Assembly: GCA_963555815.3 (NCBI GenBank)
Contig: CAUVWX020000002.1
Span: 352,001-416,000 of the forward strand
Origin: a bacterium
GTDB lineage: Bacteria; UBA8248; JACPRG01; G963555815
DNA length: 64,000 bases
Reading direction: 5' to 3'
Below, one piece after another: positions 10,063 to 19,184 of the stretch. Below the pieces are notes generated by a model. It made no database searches, was not told the origin of the DNA, and saw only the letters and a program-made list of their open reading frames with translations. The stretch's first letter is position 1. Each line of letters opens with the position of its first letter. Both the position numbers and the translations under genes were made by a program.

Positions 10063-11343
10063 ATGAGCAAAAAGTCCTTCCAAGCGGTTCGGGGGGTCAA
10101 AGGGGTAAGAGATGTCCTCCCCGAAGAGGCCCGGCTGTGGCGCAGGGTCGAGGAGACCGCTCGAGACGCTTTTCGGCGCTACGGCTACGGCGAGATCAAG
10201 ACGCCTCTCTTTGAGCGGACGGACCTCTTCGCCCGGGGGATCGGGGAGGCCACCGATATCGTCCAAAAGGAAATGTACACCTTCTCCGACCGAGGAGGAG
10301 AGAGCCTCACCCTTCGGCCAGAGGCGACCGCCCCGACAGTCCGGGCCTATCTGGAGCACCACCTCCACCAACAGGGAAGCGGGCTGACGAGACTCTTCTC
10401 CATCGGTGCCATGTTCCGCTACGAGCGACCTCAGGCGGGCCGATTTCGGCAATTTCACCAGATCAACTGCGAGGCCTTTGGCTCAGGGCACCCTGCCCTG
10501 GACGCCGAAATTATCGTCCTGACCTGGGAGATCCTCGAGAGGGTCGGCTTACGGAAACTCTCTCTCGAGCTCAACAGCCTTGGAGATGCGGTCTGTCGTC
10601 CCGATTACGAGAAGGCCCTTCAGGACTATCTGCAAAAAAACCTAGGGGACCTCTGTCCGAACTGCAATCGCCGCGTTTCGCAAAACCCTCTCCGGGTCCT
10701 GGACTGCAAGCGCCCGAGTTGCCAGCCGGTGCTGGGCCGCGCCCCCTCCTCCCACAACTTTCTCTGTGAGCCCTGTCACACCCACTTCGAGAAGGTCCAC
10801 ATCCTCCTGAAGGAGGCTGGCATCCCCTATCGTCTTCAGCCTCGCCTCGTTCGAGGTTTGGATTACTACACGAGGACGGCCTTTGAGATCACAGCAGAGG
10901 GTCTCGGCGCCCAAAACGCCGTGGCCGGAGGGGGGCGCTACGACGGGTTGGTGGAGAGCCTGGGAGGCCCCTCGACACCCGCCATCGGATTTGCTATCGG
11001 AATAGAGCGTCTGGTTTCCCTCATGCCCGAATCGGAGGACGCCAGGGAGCCTCCCCTTATTTTTCTGGCCACGCAGGGGGAGGACGCCGATGCCAAGGCT
11101 TTTGGCTGGATGAAGAGCTGGCGGGACCAGGGGCTCGCCGTGGTCGGGGAATACGAGAAAAAAAGCCTGAAGGTCCAGATGAAGCTCGCCGACCGCCTGG
11201 GGGCCACCATCACCGTCATCGTCGGGGAAGAGGAGATCCAGGAAAAGGCCGCGACGGTCCGCGACATGCAGACAGGGAAACAGCAGAGGGTCCCCTTTGC
11301 CAAGCTCGACCGGATCTTGAAAACCCTGTGCGAAAAGGGGTGA
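10063..11343 (+). CDS. hisS: Histidine--tRNA ligase
   Basis: KEMYTF, LRPEAT, FRYERPQAGRFRQFHQ, LVRGLDYY, GGGRYDGL and FAIGIERL motifs. Confidence 0.97.
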   Translation: MSKKSFQAVRGVKGVRDVLPEEARLWRRVEETARDAFRRYGYGEIKTPLFERTDLFARGIGEATDIVQKEMYTFSDRGGESLTLRPEATAPTVRAYLEHHLHQQGSGLTRLFSIGAMFRYERPQAGRFRQFHQINCEAFGSGHPALDAEIIVLTWEILERVGLRKLSLELNSLGDAVCRPDYEKALQDYLQKNLGDLCPNCNRRVSQNPLRVLDCKRPSCQPVLGRAPSSHNFLCEPCHTHFEKVHILLKEAGIPYRLQPRLVRGLDYYTRTAFEITAEGLGAQNAVAGGGRYDGLVESLGGPSTPAIGFAIGIERLVSLMPESEDAREPPLIFLATQGEDADAKAFGWMKSWRDQGLAVVGEYEKKSLKVQMKLADRLGATITVIVGEEEIQEKAATVRDMQTGKQQRVPFAKLDRILKTLCEKG

Positions 11344-11352
11344 GGGGCGGCC

Positions 11353-11739
11353 TCAGCGGGTGTGGACGGTGATCGTCCCGCGGTCAATCCGATCTCGGAT
11401 CTTCCGAAGGGCCCAGGTCCTCAGGATGTTTCGCGTGGGGGGCAGAAGACAGAGAAACCCCAGGGCGTCTGTAATGAGACCGGGGGTCAAGAGGAAGGCT
11501 CCCCCGATGAGGATAAAGGCCCCGTCTAAAAGCCCTTGGCCCGGAGGCTCCCCCTGGCGCACAGACTCAGCGATCCGCTGAAGCACCCGAAGGCCCTGGC
11601 TTCGGGCCATCCAGGCCCCCAGGGCGCCTGTCAGGACAACGATGGTGATGGTGTTAAAGGCGCCGATGACGGAGCCCACCTTGATAAGTAGGGCGAGCTC
11701 TAAAAGGGGCACGGCGGTGAAGATAAGGAAGAGGCGCAT
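11353..11739 (-). CDS. fxsA: FxsA family membrane protein
   Basis: VPLLELALLIKVG...LLTPGLITDALG pattern. Confidence 0.85.
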   Translation of the reverse strand: MRLFLIFTAVPLLELALLIKVGSVIGAFNTITIVVLTGALGAWMARSQGLRVLQRIAESVRQGEPPGQGLLDGAFILIGGAFLLTPGLITDALGFLCLLPPTRNILRTWALRKIRDRIDRGTITVHTR

Positions 11740-11828
11740 GCTTGTTTCCCCTGATGGGGTGATTTTCTTCCAGTGGAACATACCAGGGCATCGCCCTTTG
11801 GGTCAATTTAGGGTCGGGAGGCCCTGAG

Positions 11829-12811
11829 ATGCCAGGGCGGCTCCTGATAGGAGGCCCGATAGGATATGTGATCATTGAGGGGTGGACTTTTTTCGAGTCC
11901 ATCTACATGACCGTCATCTCCCTCACAACCGTGGGCTATGGGGAGATCCCGCGGGAGCTTTCGTCCCAGGAGCGGATATACACCATGTTCTTGCTCATTG
12001 GGGGACTGGGAACGCTCGCCTACGGGGTATCGACCACCACCGCATTTCTGGTGGAAGGGCGCTTCACCGACCTCTTGACGAAGAGAAAGATGGATACGAA
12101 GCTTGAGAAGCTGAAAGACCACCACGTCTTGTGCGGTCTGGGGGAAACAGGGCGTTACGTGGCGGAAGAGTTCATCAAAACGGGGACCCCCTTTGTGGCC
12201 ATCGAGCAAAACGGAGCACCATCGAGGAGAGGGTGGCGGAGCTCGGTGAAATCCTCTATGTGGAGGGAGACGCAACTCACGAGACCACGTTGCGAAGGGC
12301 GAAAGTGGAAAGCGCCCGGGGTCTGGTCAGCACCCTGCCAGAGGACAAGGACAACCTTTTCGTTGTGATATCGGCCAGAAAGCTCAACCCCGATCTTCGC
12401 ATCGTCGCCCGAGCCATCTTACACGAATCTGAGAGCAAGCTTCAAAAGGTGGGGGCGGATAGGACCGTTTCCGCCAACTTGATGGGTGGACTTCGCATGG
12501 CCGCCGAGATGATCCGGCCAACAGTCATTTCCTTCCTGGACAGCATGCTCCGGAACCCTCGGGGGACCATCCGGGTAGAGGAGGCACTCGTGGGGATTGG
12601 GTCCCCCCTCAATGGGCAGACCCTTGGAGAAATGGCTCTTCCTCAAGAAATCGGCCTGCTTGTCATTGCAGTCCAGGATTGCAGCAACCAGCACTATATC
12701 TACAACCCCCCCGCCGATTACGTCGTGAAGGCGAATGACGTCCTCATCATCATGGGAGATTCCGGCCAGGTGGCGTCCCTAAGACAGCTGACGCGAGGGG
12801 CAGCGTCATAA
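11829..12811 (+). CDS. 2-TM potassium channel with RCK (TrkA-N/TrkA-C) domains; frameshift near 12210; N-terminus appears short
   Basis: Selectivity filter TTVGYG and Rossmann motif CGLGETG in one frame; EGDAT...NLFVVISARKLNP and a TrkA-C tail in the other. Confidence 0.85.
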
Positions 12812-12823
12812 CCCGAGGGCCCG

Positions 12824-12852
12824 TTGACAAATCTTGCCCTTGGGATTATTCT
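12824..12852 (+). promoter_or_regulatory. Putative sigma-70 promoter of the sulfur operon
   Basis: TTGACA (12824-12829)-17 nt-TATTCT (12847-12852). Confidence 0.6.
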
Positions 12853-12898
12853 AATGAAAATAAGCGATTTCAGGTTGACAGATGCTTTGCGAGACAGC

Positions 12899-13030
12899 AT
12901 GAAGAGTTGTCTCGGCCAGTCTTTTTTCTTCAAGCCCAAAACCGCCACGGAAAGAAGAAGGCGAACCCGGGCGGTGTTGGGATGGCAGGATTCTAGTGTC
13001 TCTCTTCCGCGCAGCCCGCCGGGCTTTTGA
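12899..13030 (+). CDS. Putative leader/arrest peptide, 43 aa (MKSCLGQSFFFKPKTATERRRRTRAVLGWQDSSVSLPRSPPGF)
   Basis: Lies between the promoter and the rhodanese gene, has a single Cys near the start and a C-terminal RSPP, and overlaps alternative hairpins. Confidence 0.55.
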   Translation: MKSCLGQSFFFKPKTATERRRRTRAVLGWQDSSVSLPRSPPGF

Positions 13031-13077
13031 AGAGACTCTTTGAAAGGGAAAATTTCGGGTAAAAAGGAGAAATCAAG

Positions 13078-13923
13078 ATGGCCGACTACGCACATCCTGA
13101 AACTCTGGTCACCACCGACTGGGTTGCCCAGCACAAGGGAGACCCCAACGTCCGCCTAGTCGAGGTGGATGTCGACACTAAGGGCTATGACGAGGGCCAC
13201 GTCGAAGGGGCCGTCGGGGTAAACTGGCAAACCCAGCTCCAGGACCAGCTCATCCGAAACATCTCCTCCAAAGCCCAATTCGAGAAACTTGTAGGGGGGC
13301 TCGGGATTGGAAATGACACAACCGCTATCCTCTACGGGGACAACAACAACTGGTTTGCCGCCTGGCTCTTCTGGCAGTTCAAGTACTACGGCCACAAAGA
13401 TGTGCGGCTGATGAACGGGGGACGAAAGAAGTGGATCGAGGAGGGACGGGAGCTCAAGAAAGAGGTCCCCAAGATTTCCCCGGCGACTTACAAGGCTCAG
13501 GGCCCAGACGATTCCATCCGGGCCTATCGTGAGCAAGTCCTTGAGACAACCAAGAAAAAAGACCGCCACCTTGTCGATGTCCGCTCTCCAGACGAGTTCA
13601 CAGGAAAGATCCTCGCCCCTCCAGGGCTAGAGGGCAAAGAGGGCTGCCAGCGAGGAGGCCACATCCCGGGGGCAAAGAACATCACGTGGAGCAAGGCGGT
13701 CCAAGAGGACGGGACCTTCAAATCCGTTGAGGAGCTCAAAGCCCTCTATGAGGGGCAAGGAGTCAAGGCCGACAAAGAGACGATCGCCTACTGCCGGATT
13801 GGCGAGCGGTCCTCCCACACCTGGTATGTCCTAAAATATCTTTTGGGCTATCCCAAGGTGCGAAACTACGACGGCTCTTGGACCGAATGGGGCAACCTCA
13901 TCAACGTGCCCATCGACCGTTAG
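13078..13923 (+). CDS. Two-domain rhodanese/thiosulfate sulfurtransferase (CysA/SseA type)
   Basis: LVDVRSPDEFTG, GHIPGA, active site YCRIGERSS, YDGSWTEW; AAGGAG RBS. Confidence 0.93.
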   Translation: MADYAHPETLVTTDWVAQHKGDPNVRLVEVDVDTKGYDEGHVEGAVGVNWQTQLQDQLIRNISSKAQFEKLVGGLGIGNDTTAILYGDNNNWFAAWLFWQFKYYGHKDVRLMNGGRKKWIEEGRELKKEVPKISPATYKAQGPDDSIRAYREQVLETTKKKDRHLVDVRSPDEFTGKILAPPGLEGKEGCQRGGHIPGAKNITWSKAVQEDGTFKSVEELKALYEGQGVKADKETIAYCRIGERSSHTWYVLKYLLGYPKVRNYDGSWTEWGNLINVPIDR

Positions 13924-13944
13924 CCTCTTTCGGAGGGAGCCTTC

Positions 13945-14904
13945 GTGACCCCAGCTAGGGGGGAAGGGGGGACAGACGTCGCCGTTAGCCAAACGCATCG
14001 GGAGCTTTTAGATCGCTTTCCGGTTCTGAAGTTTATCGGGAACACTCCCCTCATCCCTATCCGTCTCTTTGCAGAAGAATATCCGGGCGTCCAGATTTGG
14101 GCCAAAGGAGAACACCTCAATCCGGGCGGCTCTATCAAGGACCGCCCCATGCGAAGGATGCTCCTGGAGGCCATCGCCAACGGAGCGCTGACGCCCGACA
14201 AGATCATCCTCGACTCCACTTCCGGAAACGCCGGGATCGCCTACGCCATGATTGGGGCGATTATCGAGCACCGGGTCCAGCTGGTGATGCCGGAAAACGC
14301 CAGCGATGAGCGAAAGCTGCGTATCCAAGCCCACGGCGCCGAGATCGTTTACACGGACCCCCTGCTGGGCTATGACGAGGCCCTGAGGGAGGTAGAGCGG
14401 CGCTATCAGGCTGATCCCGAGCACTACTTCTGGGCCGATCAATACACCAACCAGGACAACTGGAAGGCTCACTACGAAACGACCGCCGAGGAGATCCTCG
14501 CTCAGACCGGAGGTCGCCTCACGCATTTTGTCGCGGGAGTGGGCACCGGGGGGACCATCACCGGGGTTGGCCGCCGCCTCAAGGAGCACGACCCCTCCAT
14601 CCAGGTCGTCCTCGTGCTCCCCGAGGAGTGGCCGGGCATTGAGGGGCTAAAACCCCTGGGGCCGGATTATATTTTGCCGGAGATCTTCGACGAGAGCATC
14701 ATAGACACCCGCTTCACAATCGGAGTCGATCGGGCCTTTGAGATCTGCAACCGCCTTGCCAGCGAAGGCCTCTTTGTGGGCCAGTCTTCAGGGGCCTTTC
14801 TGGCTGGAGCCGAAGCCGTGGCTCGCGAGATCAAAAAGGGGACTATCGTCACTGTCCTGTCGGACATCGGAGAGCGCTACTTCTCCACACGCCTTTGGGA
14901 GTAA
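13945..14904 (+). CDS. PLP-dependent cysteine synthase (CysM-like)
   Basis: IGNTPL, NPGGSIKDR (PLP lysine), STSGNAG, GVGTGGT, GQSSGA and D-GERYFS motifs. Confidence 0.9.
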   Translation: MTPARGEGGTDVAVSQTHRELLDRFPVLKFIGNTPLIPIRLFAEEYPGVQIWAKGEHLNPGGSIKDRPMRRMLLEAIANGALTPDKIILDSTSGNAGIAYAMIGAIIEHRVQLVMPENASDERKLRIQAHGAEIVYTDPLLGYDEALREVERRYQADPEHYFWADQYTNQDNWKAHYETTAEEILAQTGGRLTHFVAGVGTGGTITGVGRRLKEHDPSIQVVLVLPEEWPGIEGLKPLGPDYILPEIFDESIIDTRFTIGVDRAFEICNRLASEGLFVGQSSGAFLAGAEAVAREIKKGTIVTVLSDIGERYFSTRLWE

Positions 14905-14925
14905 AAAAGGGGCTTCGCCTCTTTT
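14903..14925. terminator. Bidirectional intrinsic terminator
   Basis: AAAAAAGGGGC-TTC-GCCTCTTTT immediately after the cysteine synthase stop, between convergent genes. Confidence 0.65.
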
Positions 14926-15026
14926 CACCCCTCATCACCGCCCTCCCGTCAACTCGGCTTACCGATAAAAAGACAGCAAAATGCCCGGCCAGACACGGGT
15001 CCCTGCCGGAAACGCAAATCCTGGGC

Positions 15027-15428
15027 TCAGGAGGCCTTTCGAAGTAGGCGTCTTAGACTTTTGAGCCGCCTGCGAAGGATTTCGCTAGTCTGCTGATTTC
15101 CACCGGCCTGCGCCTTTGCCCGCTCCGCTTTGAGGAGGCGCATCTTCTTCTTGAGTGCAAGCCGCGGGCCGGAAGGGTTTTTATCCTTCGGTTCTTCAGC
15201 AGGCTTTTCTTCGACCGGTTCTTCAGTAGGCTTTTCTTCGACGGGTTTAGGCTCTTCCTCGGTGGGTTTCGACGCTTCGGGGGTTTCCTCGATCCCCAAG
15301 GCCCCCATAAGGGAGGCGATCAGCTGCTCCTTTTCCATCTCTTCGACGCCCTTGATCTGATCGGGATGCTTTAGGGCCTCCTCTTTAAGTTCCGAAACCT
15401 CCATCTTGAAGAGATCTTTTTTTTCCAT
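15027..15428 (-). CDS. Small Rho-N-like protein with an acidic Pro/Glu/Lys repeat linker and a basic C-terminal helix
   Basis: LFKMEVSELKEEALK...IKGVEEMEKEQLI resembles a Rho N-terminal helical motif; AGGAG RBS before ATG 15428. Confidence 0.55.
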   Translation of the reverse strand: MEKKDLFKMEVSELKEEALKHPDQIKGVEEMEKEQLIASLMGALGIEETPEASKPTEEEPKPVEEKPTEEPVEEKPAEEPKDKNPSGPRLALKKKMRLLKAERAKAQAGGNQQTSEILRRRLKSLRRLLRKAS

Positions 15429-15473
15429 CCGCTTCTCCTTCTCCTGGACCATTTTTGTTGGCCGGTGAGTCTC

Positions 15474-16501
15474 CTATTCGTCCAGGGAGGCGAGGGTTTG
15501 CCGCATAAATTCAGCAGAATCCTCAGGCTTGACTGGGTTAATGGTCATCCCCGAGCCAAACTCAAAACCGGCCTGAACGGTGAGGCGTGGAAGAATCTGG
15601 AGATGCCAGTGAAAGTAGTCCTCCCTCTCGTCCTTGCAGGGAGCTGTATGGATGACGAAGTTGAAATCCGGGTCCTTCAGCCCCTGGTGGATGCCGAGGA
15701 GGACCCTCTTCAGGGTTTGGCCGAGGGCCTTGGCGTCACCGGGGGCGATGTGACCGAAAGAGGCGTCATGTTCTCGCGGGAGAATCCACGTTTCAAAGGG
15801 AAAGACGGAGGCAAAGGGGTGGATGGTGATGAATCCTCCCAGGTCAGAGATGACGCGTTCACCTGCCCTGCTCTCCCGCTCGATGACGTCACAGAAGACA
15901 CAGGAGCCCTGGTCATCGAAGTGGCGGCGGGCCTGATCGATGGTGTTTTGGATCTGCCCGGGGACAACGGGGCTCGCGACGATCTGGCAGTGGGGGTGCT
16001 CGATAGAGATTCCCGCTGCCGGACCGTGGTTTTTGAATATAACAATAATCTGGTGGTGGGGGTCCTCGTGGAGGTCCAGATAGCGCTGGCGGCAGATCAG
16101 CAAGAGCTCCTCCACCTGTCGGTCTGTCATGCGAGGGATGGTCTCGTTGTGTTTCGGCGTCTCGATGACCACCTCGTGCCTTCCCACCCCCTCCATCGTT
16201 CGAAACATGGAATCCCGGGCGGTCCTCCGAAGAGAGCCTGTGGGCTGAAGAGCGGGGAACTTGTTCGGGATGACCCGGGTCCACCACCCGGGGGTGTCGG
16301 GAAGGCTGCCATTCTGGCGGTATGAGAGGACTTCCGGGGGGGGGTCAGGGACTCATTTCCCGGACAAAAGGGGCAGGTCTCAACCCATTCGGGGAGGACG
16401 CGCGTTTGCTGGGGACGCTGAAGTTCGTGAGGGCGCTTGCCGCGGTCGGTGGCGATGATGACCCACTCTCGCGTCACCGGGTTTTGGCGAAATTCAGACA
16501 T
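15474..16501 (-). CDS. galT: Galactose-1-phosphate uridylyltransferase family (GalT/HIT superfamily); frameshift at the 9-nt homopolymer 16336-16344
   Basis: WVIIATDRGKRP, CPFCPGNE, RVIPNKFP, HEVVIETP, HPHCQ, CVFC, HWH and AGFEFGSG motifs. Confidence 0.85.
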
Positions 16502-16540
16502 CCTCTGCCCTATTCAGCCGCATATCTCCCCTTATGATAG

Positions 16541-17746
16541 TTAGCTGTCCTCTAGGACGGCGTATTTCAGTTCCTCAAGAAACTCAGGAAAAGCGGCCGT
16601 TACCCGGTTCCAGTTTGGGATGAGAGGTGCCCCCAGAGGGGCCTTTAGAAAGTCCTCTCCTGCCAGACGAATGCCCTTGGCAAAAGCCTCCACCGCCACG
16701 TCCTCCGCATGCCGGTCAAAAAAGAGCCCGTTCAGGGCGGCGTCGCCTGCGTAGCGGGAGATCGTGTCCTGACCGGTCCGGATATAGGTGACCCGAAGCG
16801 TCTTGAAGAAGGCGTCAGACATCACCACTCCCTCTCCGCCGAGAGTCCGGAAGATCGACTTGGAGATATCAATGACCATTTTAAGAAGGCCAAACTGTGG
16901 GTTGTCCGCCGACAGGGGTTGATGCTTATGTTCATAGTTCGCACTGAGCTCCGCCTGGCAGATCCTCTTGAGGGCACAATTACGAAAGATCTCCGTCAGT
17001 GTCCCGACCTCGAGGCCCCAGTCGGAAGGGATGCGGTTGATCCGGGCGAGATCGACATTCATTGCCGTTTCCCCTGCCAGGGCGTAGCGAAAACTATCGA
17101 GATAGTCGAGGATGGGGATCGGACCGACGATCTGTTTCAAGGAGCGAACCAGAGGGGTGATGAAGAGACGGGTGACCCGGCCGTGGAGTCGGTCAGTCAC
17201 CCGGGCATAGAAGCCTTTACAGAACTCATAATCCAGGTTGGGGTTGGCGACGGGATAAACAAGCCGGGCCAGGAGTTCCCTGCTGTAGGACAAGATGTCG
17301 CAATCGTGGAGGGCGATCACGTCACAATCCCCCTCGGCCAGGATATAGCCGTGAGCCAGCCAGGCGGAGCGGCCCTTCCCGGCGGGTCCCACTGAGAGGT
17401 CGCTTTCCTCCAGGCGGGCATAAAGACTCCCAAGGCGAGGCCCATCGGTCCAAATAAGGGTAGTCTTTTGGGGCAGGACTGAGAAAAACTTCTCGGCCTT
17501 TCTGAACTCATCTGACGTCGTCTGATCCATACAGACAATGACCCTGCGAAGGTAGCGGACCTGTCTCAGTTCTTCGACGATCTTCTTTAGGGCCGGGCGC
17601 TCCAGCTCTAAGTAAAGGGAGGGAAGGACCAGGGCCACGGGTCGAAGATGCCCACATTCCTCCAGTTCACTCTCCATCTGCTTCAGATTTCCTGGATTGA
17701 GGCGGTGAAAGGTAGCGACAACCCCCGTCTGATATACATCGGCCAT
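16541..17746 (-). CDS. Glucosyl-3-phosphoglycerate synthase-like glycosyltransferase
   Basis: MADVYQTG start, GKGRSAW, LHDCDI, KGFY-R, GRVTRL, YALAGE, DWGLEVG and YEHKHQ motifs; adjacent to an MPGP-family phosphatase. Confidence 0.82.
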   Translation of the reverse strand: MADVYQTGVVATFHRLNPGNLKQMESELEECGHLRPVALVLPSLYLELERPALKKIVEELRQVRYLRRVIVCMDQTTSDEFRKAEKFFSVLPQKTTLIWTDGPRLGSLYARLEESDLSVGPAGKGRSAWLAHGYILAEGDCDVIALHDCDILSYSRELLARLVYPVANPNLDYEFCKGFYARVTDRLHGRVTRLFITPLVRSLKQIVGPIPILDYLDSFRYALAGETAMNVDLARINRIPSDWGLEVGTLTEIFRNCALKRICQAELSANYEHKHQPLSADNPQFGLLKMVIDISKSIFRTLGGEGVVMSDAFFKTLRVTYIRTGQDTISRYAGDAALNGLFFDRHAEDVAVEAFAKGIRLAGEDFLKAPLGAPLIPNWNRVTAAFPEFLEELKYAVLEDS

Positions 17747-17939
17747 ATCAAACCCCCTTTTCTCCTCTTGCCCCTGGGGTGATGGAATCATTGAATCCCA
17801 AGGGCAACCCCCAGAATTCAGGTACGGGGCACCGAACCTTCCTTCCTGATCTATGAGACTCAGGATTCCGCGATGCTGGGATAGAGCGACCCTAGATTAT
17901 ATCAAATTGAGAAAGGATGAAAACGAGGAACTCAGAACC

Positions 17940-18182
17940 GGGAGCATCTCGTGATATCCAGAAATCCAAATCACGTGCTTTTAAGTCGGTACTTCTCCTT
18001 ATTGAAGGGGCCCCGTCGAAATCCCAGGCGGAATTCCTCGATGAGGCGATCCTGGTTTACGGGGAAAGACTCCGACATCACCTTCCAGAGGTCCTCTACC
18101 CCAAAGGCATCAATGGGTCCGCTTTCTCGATGGCCTCTAGGCGGCGGCGGGCGGGATCCCGTAAGGCCGTGCCCAGTTTCAT
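17940..18182 (-). pseudogene. Probable remnant of a glycosyltransferase (Ggs-like N-terminus), heavily deleted
   Basis: A good RBS precedes MKLGTALRDPARRRLEAIEKAD, which stops early. Another frame gives the protein-like VNQDRLIEEFRLGFRR. It sits between the phosphatase and the synthase genes. Confidence 0.35.
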
Positions 18183-18205
18183 CGTTCAGACCCCCCCCTC
18201 TCCGG

Positions 18206-19042
18206 TCAAGACCTGTCCGGCACCACGCTGCTAAGGATTTCCAATATGGCTTCAGACCAGCCGGCCGGTCCAACCCTCCGTGTGACCCGCACCCCTTTGA
18301 GGCCTCGCAAACGCGGATTCGCCCCTCCCTTTTGACGGACAGCAACGGGGAGGTCAACACTCAGAAGGAGGGGGAGGTCATTGGGGGCATCGCCAAGGCC
18401 GACCGTCCGGATGGGGCCGAACCTCTTTCGATAAAGGCCCGAGAGGAGGCGGGCGGCCTTTCCCTTGTCACTCCCTTTGGCCAGGTGGCGTAATCTCCCC
18501 CCCTCCACCCAGGAGATGCCGTGGACCTGAAGCCTTCGGCGAAGCGCGCTGGACCCGCCGCCCTCACCCTCGATGACAAAAGGCAGATCAAAGTGTCGCT
18601 CCCTGGCCCTTTTTGCTTCGGATAGAGTGAGCCCCGTAAGCCGGGCAATCTCCGAAGGGCGCATGTCGGGGAAGGTTTTGAGCGTCCCCTTCAGCGTCGC
18701 TGAGTGCTTCAAGAGGAAGGAGTGGATTTCTGAGACAGGTGTCCCGAGGGGAATCAAGAGGCTTCGGCCGACACTTTTAGCCCCTTTTATGGGAAAGGGG
18801 AACGCACCTTTCGGCAACATGATCCCCCCCCCATTCTCGAAGATGAAAGGGTCCTGAATCCCGAGTTTGCGGCGGAGGACGTAAATCTCTGCGGCCGTCT
18901 TACTGGAGCAGAGGACGAGAGGGACCCCGGCCTTTTTCAACGCTCGAAGGCCCGGGCGCGCCTCTTTGAAAGAATAGTTTTCTTCATCGAGAAGGGTCCC
19001 GTCGAGGTCCGAAAAGACAATAAGCTTCCGCCCTTGTCTCAT
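18206..19042 (-). CDS. Mannosyl/glucosyl-3-phosphoglycerate phosphatase (HAD IIB)
   Basis: FSDLDGTLLD, CSSKTAAE, ENGG, DKGKA and GLGDAPND motifs. Confidence 0.88.
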   Translation of the reverse strand: MRQGRKLIVFSDLDGTLLDEENYSFKEARPGLRALKKAGVPLVLCSSKTAAEIYVLRRKLGIQDPFIFENGGGIMLPKGAFPFPIKGAKSVGRSLLIPLGTPVSEIHSFLLKHSATLKGTLKTFPDMRPSEIARLTGLTLSEAKRARERHFDLPFVIEGEGGGSSALRRRLQVHGISWVEGGRLRHLAKGSDKGKAARLLSGLYRKRFGPIRTVGLGDAPNDLPLLLSVDLPVAVRQKGGANPRLRGLKGVRVTRRVGPAGWSEAILEILSSVVPDRS

Positions 19043-19184
19043 CCCCTGTTCTCCTCAGCTGAATGGAAACCCCGGCTCCTGAGCAATTGGCCTTCAGTGA
19101 TGGGTCTATTTAGAGGAGAAGGAAATGGACGAAATTCTTCGGCGAATAATGTGGGCCAAAAAGGAGAGGGAATGAGGAGACCCC

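Noticed and set aside
15185..15275. CRISPR-like repeat array
   Set aside because: Short degenerate in-frame coding repeats with no unique spacers; no cas genes in the window.
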